This document shows, piece by piece, positions 23,848 to 32,000 of a DNA stretch of 32,000 nucleotides; position 1 is the stretch's first letter; every line of letters begins with the position of its first letter. The stretch is taken from assembly GCA_025340205.1 (NCBI GenBank), contig CP006868.1, positions 1,080,001-1,112,000 of the forward strand, given 5' to 3'. The notes under the pieces were generated by a model. It was not told where the DNA came from, did not search any database, and worked only from the letters and a program-made list of their open reading frames with translations. Position numbers and translations under genes: made by a program. This DNA is from Ignicoccus pacificus DSM 13166 (GTDB taxonomy: Archaea > Thermoproteota > Thermoprotei_A > Sulfolobales > Ignicoccaceae).

Positions 23848-26691
23848 GATGATACGAAAGAGAACTGAAAGATCAAGCCGAGCGACGTGGACACATTGTT
23901 GGCAAGCGATGATACGAAAGAGAACTGAAAGTGTATCTCGGCTTCCAGCACACAACGCTCAATATCACCGATGATACGAAAGAGAACTGAAAGTGATTGG
24001 TCTGGTTCTGAGAGGTATTAGGTTGGGGCTGATGATACGAAAGAGAACTGAAAGGTAAGCATTAGCGATGGCTCTAGCAGTATCCTACTCAGCGGGGATG
24101 ATACGAAAGAGAACTGAAAGGCAGATGTTTGTGGCGGTGATGTATTCATCGTAGGGTATGATGATACGAAAGAGAACTGAAAGTGAAGATAAGTGGCTGC
24201 ACGATAAGGAGGTGGATATGGATGATACGAAAGAGAACTGAAAGGAAGGATAGAATCCAACTAAAGAAGGAAATGAGGAGGGATGATACGAAAGAGAACT
24301 GAAAGGGATCCAAGCCCACGCTACTGCCACAAGATGAGGAGGGATGATACGAAAGAGAACTGAAAGTGGCTGCGACTATCAATGCCTCTTTGAGAAGACC
24401 TTGATGATGATACGAAAGAGAACTGAAAGAATAATCTCTTATGAAATATAGGCTCCTCCTGAAGTTCGCTGATGATACGAAAGAGAACTGAAAGCTAAGA
24501 AACCCTCAAAGACCTCTTCCCAATCCTTCGCGGATGATACGAAAGAGAACTGAAAGATTACTGCGGAGGTGATAATGGATGAGGATAGGCTATTTGATGA
24601 TACGAAAGAGAACTGAAAGGGATTCGTACTTATGTTGGTAGAGACAACCGAGAACGATGATGATACGAAAGAGAACTGAAAGCGCTTATGGGCTAGACTT
24701 TGCTGGCAAATGAAGAGAATGATGATACGAAAGAGAACTGAAAGGTAGAGTGGGGAGGGGAGCTTCTGGGGTGAGAGCATGGCTGATGATACGAAAGAGA
24801 ACTGAAAGCTTTCGCTATCGATCTTACGCTAGCGACGCTAACGTTGATGATACGAAAGAGAACTGAAAGGTTAGTAACGTTGTTTCCACAAGTGCTCAGC
24901 TCGCACCAGATGATACGAAAGAGAACTGAAAGGGTCTTTGGAGCGGAGGATTCATCTTCGTAGCTCCCACGATGATACGAAAGAGAACTGAAAGTACCTA
25001 CCTCTCAGATAATGAAGACCAACATAGACATACAGAAGACGTTAGTGATGATACGAAAGAGAACTGAAAGGTTCAGAACCTCAAGCTCGGCGTTTAAGTC
25101 AATGTACTTGATGATACGAAAGAGAACTGAAAGGTGCTGGACAACGGCTTAGTGCTTCTTGATCTATTTTCAGGATGATACGAAAGAGAACTGAAAGGAC
25201 CATTAGTATCCCCCTATGGTATACATTATATTGGTTGATGATACGAAAGAGAACTGAAAGGCCGTGTAAAGCCGATCCTGACATAGTACGGCTCGAACGA
25301 TGATACGAAAGAGAACTGAAAGAGAGGACGATCTCATTCCTGAAGACATTGGAGTCGAAATAGATGATACGAAAGAGAACTGAAAGCTAGAGGGACTAGC
25401 ATGACGGATGCTGTTTCTGTGGCTGGATGATACGAAAGAGAACTGAAAGCTCCCGCTCTTCCTCTCCTCGCTTACCTCGGTTAGCTCGATGATACGAAAG
25501 AGAACTGAAAGCCTAAGCAGCTCCAGAGCCGCTTGGGTCTACCTATATGGGATGATACGAAAGAGAACTGAAAGTTAGCGCTTTACTTCGCGTATGAAAA
25601 CTTAGCGAGAGTGATGATACGAAAGAGAACTGAAAGCATTACCTTCATGCTTACACATTGCCTTATCTGTTCTTCGATGATACGAAAGAGAACTGAAAGC
25701 ACCACTTCCATTTCCTCCACCTCACTCGATCTCGCTGAAGGATGATACGAAAGAGAACTGAAAGGGGATTGTCGCTCATGGTATCACCTCTATTGGATAG
25801 ATGATGATACGAAAGAGAACTGAAAGGAGAGAGCGCTACGAGATTGTAGTAGCTCGGATACTGCGATGATACGAAAGAGAACTGAAAGAAGGTACATGGA
25901 GGTATCGGAGCTAACGTCGTTGGAGGATGATACGAAAGAGAACTGAAAGGCTGTAAGGGGCAGCGTGGTAGTCATCCTACACCACCGGATGATACGAAAG
26001 AGAACTGAAAGAAGGAGAAGGGGGCTGGTGAACGGCCCCATAGTCTATGATGATACGAAAGAGAACTGAAAGTACACTTCCTTGCACGAGCGCTTACTTG
26101 CATCATACAGAGGATGATACGAAAGAGAACTGAAAGGGTGGACACTTCTGAGATAGACGTTGATGAAGGGGTTTGATGATACGAAAGAGAACTGAAAGTC
26201 CCACCGAAACTGTTTGCTAGCGGGAGCTCTGTACGGATGATACGAAAGAGAACTGAAAGATCAATGTCATTATGTCAATAATTGCTTTATGGTGTTTTGA
26301 TGATACGAAAGAGAACTGAAAGGATGAAGGGGTTTCCCGTTGAGGCCACTAGATGGGGCTGATGATACGAAAGAGAACTGAAAGTTCTTCGCCTTCTTCT
26401 TGCTGGTTTTCTTGCTGACTGATGATACGAAAGAGAACTGAAAGTTTGTTAATACGAAACGCATACCGAACATTATTGCTCGGATGATACGAAAGAGAAC
26501 TGAAAGGGGTGAAGTAGAAATCTCGAGCTTAATTTATAACATGATGATACGAAAGAGAACTGAAAGTAAATATTGTTGACAAAACCAATAGTGGTCGTAG
26601 TGCCCGATGATACGAAAGAGAACTGAAAGAAACTCATCACGTTTTCAGCGGTATAATGATTCATCATGATGATACGAAAGAGAACTACAAG
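23848..26691 (+). CRISPR. CRISPR array 3: 46 repeats GATGATACGAAAGAGAACTGAAAG (last one degenerate), 45 spacers (36-42 nt plus one of 52 nt)
   Basis: First repeat at 23848-23871. Period is about 60-66 nt. The terminal repeat at 26668-26691 reads GATGATACGAAAGAGAACTACAAG. GAAAG on the + strand and the leader on the left give + polarity. Confidence 0.97.
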
Positions 26692-27142
26692 AAGATAATA
26701 GTGTTAGTCCTACCTCAGTTTTTTGTTTTGGAGAAGTTCGCTTCTGCCATATACAAACCAACGTATATATCTCCAAAAGAGATACTGAAGGAGATAGACG
26801 GGTGGTCTGTGTAATTGTTGATTTGGAATACGGTAGAGCGGGGTAGTGAAGTCGATCGGAAATATCATTACCACTTTTTCCGGTCAATGGAAATGAATAG
26901 TGCTACGCCCTTGCTTCTCCAAACAATCTCTTAATCGTAACTACACACTCCAGAAAACGTTTCGCCCTTGATCGCAAACTCATGGAGCGTATTCCTAAGG
27001 ATTCTATATATCGGCTCCTCCCTGAGTCTTTTAGTGAGCATTACGAAAGAGGAATCGTTCTCAGCGAGACCAACCTTAATTGAGGGTAATGATAGACCCC
27101 GTTCGTTTATATTTCCTCGCCTTAAGCGGCGAGCGGAGAGAC

Positions 27143-27442
27143 ATGTTCTGGGTTAGGGTTCACGACTTAGGAGAGCACGTCTTCGTAACGGTCGTCGATA
27201 AGGAACTGCTCGGCAAGAGGTTCAAGGAAGGCGACATTATACTTGACATAAACGAGGACTTCTTCAAGGGAGAGCTCCTCGATGAGGAGCTTGCCCTAGC
27301 TAGGATGGAAGCCGCCACGAGCCTCTACGTTATAGGGAAGAGGGCGGTGAAGCTAGCGGTGGAGGGAGAGTTCATCCATCCGGCAGCTATCAAGAAGGTA
27401 GAAGGGGTGCCCTACGCTCAAATGCTCCTCCTCTATGCCTAA
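27143..27442 (+). CDS. DUF424-family conserved archaeal protein
   Basis: MFWVRVHDLGEHVFVTVVDKELLGKRFKEG ... GVPYAQMLL fits my recollection of the DUF424 pattern. The ORF track starts at 27080 (TTG), but that N-terminal extension looks non-native. Confidence 0.6.
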   Translation: MFWVRVHDLGEHVFVTVVDKELLGKRFKEGDIILDINEDFFKGELLDEELALARMEAATSLYVIGKRAVKLAVEGEFIHPAAIKKVEGVPYAQMLLLYA

Positions 27443-27516
27443 AGTGCGGATGAGCGGGCAGGGACGATATGAGCTCTTCCCCGGCGATGAAAGGTTTTGG
27501 TGGAGCGAAGGCGACG

Positions 27517-28533
27517 CTATCCTAGAAACCTCCAGAGCGCTATAGCTATTATCATTAAGGAGATGAGCGTGGGAACCCATTCTATTCTTGAGACAGCGTA
27601 GGAGACCTTCTTCTCCTTTAAGCTTATGATACTACCATCTACTTTCACGTCGAAGTTTTTCCCTCCTTCGAAGAACACGTTCAAGCTCTTCACACCCTTC
27701 GGTCCCAGGAGGATCTCGCCAGAAAAGGAAGATCCCTTTATTGGAAGCTGGCTCACCAAGAACGTCTTCGAGGCTTTAATACACTCCCCGGTAATCCTAG
27801 GCTCCCATCCCCATTTGGAGCAAGAGTGGGAGAGGCAATAGTAGATCGGAGACCTCTTCAAGCACTTGTATTCGCACTTGCTCACCCAAGCGTCTATTAG
27901 CTTATCGTAAACGAGCTTGCAGAAGCCCTCCCTCTCGGAGCACACTTGCTTCCCCACCGTCCACTTGGAACACTTGACCTCCTCACAGACTTTCACCAAC
28001 TCAACCTTCTTTTTATAGAGTATGCACCTGGAGGCTGGAACCTTCTTCATGGGCTTTCCTCCCTCAACTGTTACCTTAACCTTCAGAGGATCCTCGCAAT
28101 GGTTGATTATTGTTATCCCAATTGCTTTTACCCCTTTTGGAACGGAGAAGCCGAGAAACTCTGAGGAGGGGGAGGAGAGGCTGGCTTGGAAGTCCAAGCA
28201 CTTGCCGACAACTCTCTTTGTCAAAAGCTCTCCGTTCAAGTAAACCAAGATGGTTAACTCGGGAGGGCCGGCGAAGTAAGCGCTCAGACCACCGAAGTCT
28301 CCGGGGAAGGTTTGAGTGTCTATTATGAGCTTCCTCCCCTCGAACTTACCCATCCCGCTCACGGAGTAAACGTTGCTTCCGAAGAAGATCTCTATCCTCA
28401 GCTTCCCCGAACAGTAGCTGAAGTAAGATACCTTCACCTCAACGGTGTTTCCGGATCTTATCTCGTTGACGCTCAGGCTGACGCAAGCGAGAGCTATAGC
28501 GATCAAGACGCTGAGGATTAGAAGAGCCCTCAC
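27517..28533 (-). CDS. secreted Cys-rich protein with C-terminal TM anchor, paralog 3 of 3 (unknown function)
   Basis: 338 aa, GTG start. Signal peptide MRALLILSVLIAIALAC and C-terminal hydrophobic helix VPTLISLMIIAIALW. Central cysteine cluster with CSKWTVGKQVC and CSKWGWEPRITGEC. Confidence 0.8.
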   Translation of the reverse strand: MRALLILSVLIAIALACVSLSVNEIRSGNTVEVKVSYFSYCSGKLRIEIFFGSNVYSVSGMGKFEGRKLIIDTQTFPGDFGGLSAYFAGPPELTILVYLNGELLTKRVVGKCLDFQASLSSPSSEFLGFSVPKGVKAIGITIINHCEDPLKVKVTVEGGKPMKKVPASRCILYKKKVELVKVCEEVKCSKWTVGKQVCSEREGFCKLVYDKLIDAWVSKCEYKCLKRSPIYYCLSHSCSKWGWEPRITGECIKASKTFLVSQLPIKGSSFSGEILLGPKGVKSLNVFFEGGKNFDVKVDGSIISLKEKKVSYAVSRIEWVPTLISLMIIAIALWRFLG

Positions 28534-28537
28534 CCTA

Positions 28538-29716
28538 TCACCCCACGAAGCTCCAGATCAAGTAAACCAAGCTGAGGAGGGCTAGGAAGTAGAGGAATTC
28601 AGTTAAAGTAAACGCCTCGTTCTTCACATAGTCGTAAACCCCTATGTTGGTTCCTCCAACGTTAACGCTCGCTATCGGAACCTTCACGTACTCGTTCAAG
28701 CTCCCTAGGAGGAAGGCGCTGGCAGTCTTTTGATAGGGAATTAGGAGAACCTTCCCTTCTTTAGGACCTAGGACGATGGTCCCTCCCGCCTGGGTTCCGG
28801 CGACCTCTATCCCGCTCTTCAAGACCTCGAACTTCCTCAAGTAGCAGTAGCTGACGACCTTTGGAACTTTCGTCCACTTGGAGCACAGAGCCTCGTAGCA
28901 GTTCGGCTGCCTGACCTCTAGCACGTACCTCACTTCTGGAGCTATTCTCCTACTATAGCAGCTCTTGCAGAGGTAGACCCTAACTCCCCTCTCGCTCTTC
29001 ACGAGCTTGCACCCGGAGCAAGAGACATCGTAGGTCTTCACGTTGAGCTTCTTTATCACAGTCACGAAGGGTCCGCTGTTGGACACCTTGGTACATCTCC
29101 TGACCTCATTCCCATTAAGGTACTTCGCACAAGCGTCAACCAAGAAGACCTCAGCTCTCCCTTCCAAGCATTTGGAAATCAAGACCTCCTTCGCCGGCCT
29201 CGCGTTGATGAATGTCACGGAGAGGGGAGCGGAGACCGCTTTATCGCAGACGTTAACGACTGAAATTGAGAGTAAGGATGAGTCCTTGGGGACGGAGTAA
29301 CCCAAGTAGGAGGCGCTTAGGGGCACGGTACCCGCTTGGAGGAGCAAGCAAGACCTTCCTAGGGGAAGGATCCCGGTTCCCACCAACTTCTCATTTAAGA
29401 ACAGCTTGTAAGAGATCTCAACGGAGTTTGACGTGGGGACCAAGGTAAGCTTGAACCTTAGCACCTCTCCTTTGGTAACGTAACCGCTCCAAGAGGCCAC
29501 GTTGCCTTGAACGGAAGAGAAGCCCGTAACGCTCGCTATAGCAGCTCCCCTAACGCTGAAGAGGACTCTCCCCATCCCTTCGCAGTCGCTCTTGACTATT
29601 GCAATTATTACCAATTCCTTTCCGATTTGAGGCTTCAGGGTGCTGGGGAGCAGCGTGACCTCTAAGCATGCTAGCGCTGGAATGAGGAGAGCGAGCGCGA
29701 TCGCAATAGCCTTCAT
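28538..29716 (-). CDS. secreted Cys-rich protein with C-terminal TM anchor, paralog 2 of 3 (unknown function)
   Basis: The ATG at 29716 overlaps the upstream stop (ATGA on the - strand). Signal peptide MKAIAIALALLIPALAC and C-terminal TM FLYFLALLSLVYLIW. Cys cluster with CAKYLNGNEVRRC and CSKWTKVPKVVSYC. Confidence 0.8.
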   Translation of the reverse strand: MKAIAIALALLIPALACLEVTLLPSTLKPQIGKELVIIAIVKSDCEGMGRVLFSVRGAAIASVTGFSSVQGNVASWSGYVTKGEVLRFKLTLVPTSNSVEISYKLFLNEKLVGTGILPLGRSCLLLQAGTVPLSASYLGYSVPKDSSLLSISVVNVCDKAVSAPLSVTFINARPAKEVLISKCLEGRAEVFLVDACAKYLNGNEVRRCTKVSNSGPFVTVIKKLNVKTYDVSCSGCKLVKSERGVRVYLCKSCYSRRIAPEVRYVLEVRQPNCYEALCSKWTKVPKVVSYCYLRKFEVLKSGIEVAGTQAGGTIVLGPKEGKVLLIPYQKTASAFLLGSLNEYVKVPIASVNVGGTNIGVYDYVKNEAFTLTEFLYFLALLSLVYLIWSFVG

Positions 29717-30711
29717 AGCAACCACCACGCTAAGGCTATGAGTGCTATCAAGGCGGAGGTGAGGAGGACGTTCAGCAAGGCCTCTCTCCCGGCGTTGACC
29801 AGCGTAACGTAATAGGTGTAGTAAGGGATGCCTCCTACCAGTATCGTGAAGGCGGGGGCCTTGACTTCAGAAGGTCCCAACAAGGGACCGTAGAACTGTT
29901 TCTTTGGGACGAACTGAATAATCCTGAACCTCCCGTCGGCCTTGAGCAAGGCTTCCGATCCCCTTACCGGAAACCTCTCCTCCACGAACTTTGACATGGA
30001 GCAGAACCTCACGTTTATCGGCCTTTTACTCCATAAAGAGCACGAAGGTATTAGGCACACCCTCTTAGCCCTCATCTCCTCGCACTTCTTGACTAACCTA
30101 TCAACCTTCTTGAAGAGCACACATTTCCCATCTTGAAACTTGACGCAGGAGTAAGTACTCTCCCAGACACTCTTCCACTTTACGCATTCGAGCTTCCCAT
30201 ATCCCCAGAGCTGGCATGAGCTTTGGGCGCAATAGTCCACCCAGAAGGTCTTGCTTTCTTCCTTCAAGCACTTCTCTTTCAGAACCCTTTCAACGGGATA
30301 CGCGTTCTGGAAGTGGATCAGTACTGGAACCTTGGAATCCTTGGAGTAAGGTCTAACTAAGAGCTTGTTTCCTTCCACCTTAACCTCGACGAAGGTCCCC
30401 GGAAAGGGTACCTTCCCCAAATACCCAATTCCCTCGAACCCATCGTAGAGGTAAGTTATTTTTACCACTTCGCTCTCCGCAACGATTTTCAACTTTATGA
30501 CCTTCTCCCCGCTTACGTAGCCCTTCCACGAGAAGGTTTGGGAGCCGTCGGGGAGGTGAGCTCCGGCGAAGCTCATTTGAAAGGCTTGCATCCCGTTACC
30601 CTTTATGACTATCAGTAGCTCTATTCCGTTGCCCGGCGAGACCCTTCCGACCGGCACTACCGTTAAAGCGCTGACCAACGGGATAAGCATCAGTACCATG
30701 AGCCACCTCAA
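29713..30711 (-). CDS. secreted Cys-rich protein with C-terminal TM anchor, paralog 1 of 3 (unknown function)
   Basis: 332 aa. Signal peptide MRWLMVLMLIPLVSA and C-terminal TM LLTSALIALIALAWWLL. Cys cluster with CQLWGYGKLEC and CSLWSKRPINVRFC. Confidence 0.8.
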   Translation of the reverse strand: MRWLMVLMLIPLVSALTVVPVGRVSPGNGIELLIVIKGNGMQAFQMSFAGAHLPDGSQTFSWKGYVSGEKVIKLKIVAESEVVKITYLYDGFEGIGYLGKVPFPGTFVEVKVEGNKLLVRPYSKDSKVPVLIHFQNAYPVERVLKEKCLKEESKTFWVDYCAQSSCQLWGYGKLECVKWKSVWESTYSCVKFQDGKCVLFKKVDRLVKKCEEMRAKRVCLIPSCSLWSKRPINVRFCSMSKFVEERFPVRGSEALLKADGRFRIIQFVPKKQFYGPLLGPSEVKAPAFTILVGGIPYYTYYVTLVNAGREALLNVLLTSALIALIALAWWLL

Positions 30712-30766
30712 GGAGTACTCCGGGTTAGTTTCTCACCTATGGATCTTATTACTACCGCAGGAACGC

Positions 30767-30774
30767 TTTATTTA
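30767..30774 (+). promoter_or_regulatory. TATA-box candidate for the S25e gene
   Basis: TTTATTTA lies about 33 nt upstream of the ATG at 30807. SD-like GGAGGGG at about 30791-30797. Confidence 0.45.
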
Positions 30775-30806
30775 CCCTAGCAATCCCTCAAGGAGGGGAA
30801 CGATTC

Positions 30807-31181
30807 ATGGGAAGGGTTAACAAGCCTCTCTCAGCTATTGAGAAGAGGCAAATGAGGCAGTTGCTACAAGATCTGAGGAAGAGGATGATAGAGGAGAGGA
30901 AGGCCAAGAGAGGAGTTACCCAGCAAGTGGTCGCCGAGGCTAACGTCGTGGACCAAGCTGCCAAGGTGGTGAGGCACATGAAGTTCGTAACTCCCAGCAT
31001 GCTGGCTGACAAGATGGAGATAAGCATCGGAGTGGCCAAGAGGGTTCTGAGGGACCTAGAGACCAGAGGAGTGCTAAAGCTCTATGCTAAGAACAGGAGG
31101 GTGCAGGTCTACGTTCCTGCCGACAAGTTCGAGAAGCTAGTCAAGCCTGGAGCCTACTCCTACACCGTCGAGGAGATGTAA
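30807..31181 (+). CDS. rps25e: 30S ribosomal protein S25e
   Basis: 124 aa with a basic N-terminus and a wHTH C-terminal part (VTPSMLADKMEISIGVAKRVLRDLETRGVLKL), as in archaeal/eukaryotic S25e. The stop is followed by a T5 tract (31186-31190). Confidence 0.8.
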   Translation: MGRVNKPLSAIEKRQMRQLLQDLRKRMIEERKAKRGVTQQVVAEANVVDQAAKVVRHMKFVTPSMLADKMEISIGVAKRVLRDLETRGVLKLYAKNRRVQVYVPADKFEKLVKPGAYSYTVEEM

Positions 31182-31259
31182 GGCCTTTTTGCCGATGAAG
31201 GACCTCGATCCCCCTGATCCTTTTATGATGAGGATTGCGCGTACCTGAGGGGAGAAGGT

Positions 31260-31985
31260 TTGATTCCCGTCGAGTTTTGGGAGAAAGGGGAGAGGCCCCT
31301 CAAGTACTTAGTTGTAGGATTTCATGACGTGGGCTTGGTTGGAATAATTGCTACCAAGCACTTGATAGAGAGCTTGGGTATGGAGGAGGTGGGCGGAATA
31401 GATATTCCATCCGAGCTCCCCATAGCTCCCATAAGGGATGGGTTGGCAAAGTTCCCAATCACTATTTACAAGAAGGATCAATGGGCAGTGTTCTACCCAG
31501 AGGTCCCCTTACCTCCAACGGTTCTCTTCCCAATAGCTCAAGCGATAATGGATTACGCTGCCAGGATGGGTGTGGAGAGGATTATTTCATTAACGGGATT
31601 GGCTAACCCTAATCGTCTAAGGGTGAAGCCGAGCCTTCACTGGATCATAGGGGACGAGGAGATTGAGGAGAAGGAAAAGCTCGAGAGGGAAGGAAAGCCC
31701 TTGAAGGATGGCGTGCTTTACGGACCAACGGCGTTGCTCTTGAAGTTCTCGAAGACTAGGGGAATCCCAGTAGTGGCTCTCTTAGCAGATGCCTTCCCGG
31801 AGTTTCCCGACCCAGGAGCGGCCGCCACCGTCCTAGAGGGTCTGAGCAAGGTTTATGGAATAAGCGTGGATACGAAGAAGCTAATTGAAGACGCTGAGAA
31901 GATAAAGGCAAGGTTGCAAGAGATGGCGAGACAAGCTATGACCGTAATGAAGGAGAGCGGAGCTAGGCCCATGATGTACGCCTAA
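31260..31985 (+). CDS. PAC2-family (proteasome assembly chaperone-like) protein
   Basis: 241 aa. N-terminal LVVGFHDVGLVGIIATKHLIE and the overall pattern are typical of the archaeal PAC2/COG2047 family. TTG start. Confidence 0.65.
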   Translation: MIPVEFWEKGERPLKYLVVGFHDVGLVGIIATKHLIESLGMEEVGGIDIPSELPIAPIRDGLAKFPITIYKKDQWAVFYPEVPLPPTVLFPIAQAIMDYAARMGVERIISLTGLANPNRLRVKPSLHWIIGDEEIEEKEKLEREGKPLKDGVLYGPTALLLKFSKTRGIPVVALLADAFPEFPDPGAAATVLEGLSKVYGISVDTKKLIEDAEKIKARLQEMARQAMTVMKESGARPMMYA

Positions 31986-32000
31986 GGGGTGAGATCATGA

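Noticed and set aside
23848-23871. C/D-box-like elements within the 24-nt repeat (GATGA at the 5' end, CTGA near the 3' end); considered as a k-turn/L7Ae-binding repeat
   Set aside because: The 5' element reads GAUGAU rather than the RUGAUGA consensus. There is no flanking terminal stem, and the order and spacing do not fit either a C/D k-turn or a C'/D' k-loop. It is most likely coincidental.
23758-26887. ORF-track entries inside and just past array 3 (23758-23955, 24018-24382, 24439-24780, 25099-25284, 25790-26041, 26270-26667, 26645-26887)
   Set aside because: The same repeat-derived peptide periodicity appears on the - strand. The entries at 23758-23955 and 14312-14590 end in the same peptide only because both read through the duplicated leader. 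There is no independent coding signal.
27036-27057. Solitary repeat-like sequence GAGCATTACGAAAGAGGAATCG upstream of the DUF424 gene (10-nt exact match TACGAAAGAG to the array 2/3 repeat); considered as a crRNA-like regulatory element or a remnant repeat
   Set aside because: Only a 10-mer is exact and two indels are needed for the rest. There is no second repeat-like copy at the about 62-nt period on either side. The expected number of such 10-mer matches in 32 kb is not negligible (order 0.05-0.1). This is worth only a computational check.
26968-27142. 62-aa ORF (26968-27156) and the TTG-initiated extension of the DUF424 ORF (27080-27142)
   Set aside because: They lie in the AT-rich array trailer, have no motif or start context, and the conserved DUF424 N-terminus begins at the ATG at 27143.
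27626-30136. + strand ORFs of 60-85 aa opposite the three Cys-rich genes (27626-27841, 27946-28164, 28022-28243, 28110-28328, 28312-28521, 29043-29300, 29266-29448, 29942-30136)
   Set aside because: They are shadow ORFs antisense to long ORFs that have coherent signal-peptide and TM architecture and mutual paralogy.
1-32000. Mobile-element signatures around the CRISPR-Cas locus (transposase, integrase, IS terminal repeats, tRNA attachment sites)
   Set aside because: I recognised none. The only long inverted repeat is the duplicated CRISPR leader, and the flanks are ordinary transporter and housekeeping genes.

Overview
This looks like an archaeal chromosomal segment, probably from a hyperthermophilic TACK/Crenarchaeota-type organism. 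About half of it is CRISPR-Cas. All product calls come from motif recognition by eye; no homology search was run. Archaeal markers are ribosomal protein S25e, a PAC2/proteasome-assembly-chaperone-like protein, DUF424, a protein with a class III (prepilin-type) signal peptide, A/T boxes about 25-40 nt before starts, frequent GTG/TTG starts and ATGA stop/start overlaps.

Layout:
1. Orphan CRISPR array 1 (358-1333), with a 26-nt repeat.
2. Housekeeping and accessory genes: a Fe3+/thiamine/polyamine-type ABC importer, a DMT/EamA transporter, two tandem paralogous 107-aa wHTH proteins, a pilin-like protein, an orphan SdhB-like Fe-S protein and a CbiM/PDGLE/CbiQ/CbiO ECF transporter.
3. A CRISPR-Cas locus (12600-26691). 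Two arrays share one 24-nt repeat (31 and 46 repeats) and are transcribed outward from a 9-kb cas cassette. Their 207-bp leaders are perfectly identical and inverted. The cassette is cas1 (divergent), then an HD-fused large subunit, cas7, cas5, cas3' helicase, cas2, cas4 and cas6. I read it as a compact type I-D-like system with unusual order and possibly degenerate nuclease motifs.
4. DUF424, an operon of three paralogous secreted Cys-rich membrane-anchored proteins of unknown function, S25e and PAC2.

Most notable observations:
- the architecture of the I-D-like cassette, its reduced HD motifs and its non-canonical Cas4 motif;
- an identical spacer present in both arrays, plus a set of spacers that tile one target region;
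- the uncharacterised Cys-rich three-gene operon.

I saw no transposase, integrase, tRNA or rRNA.
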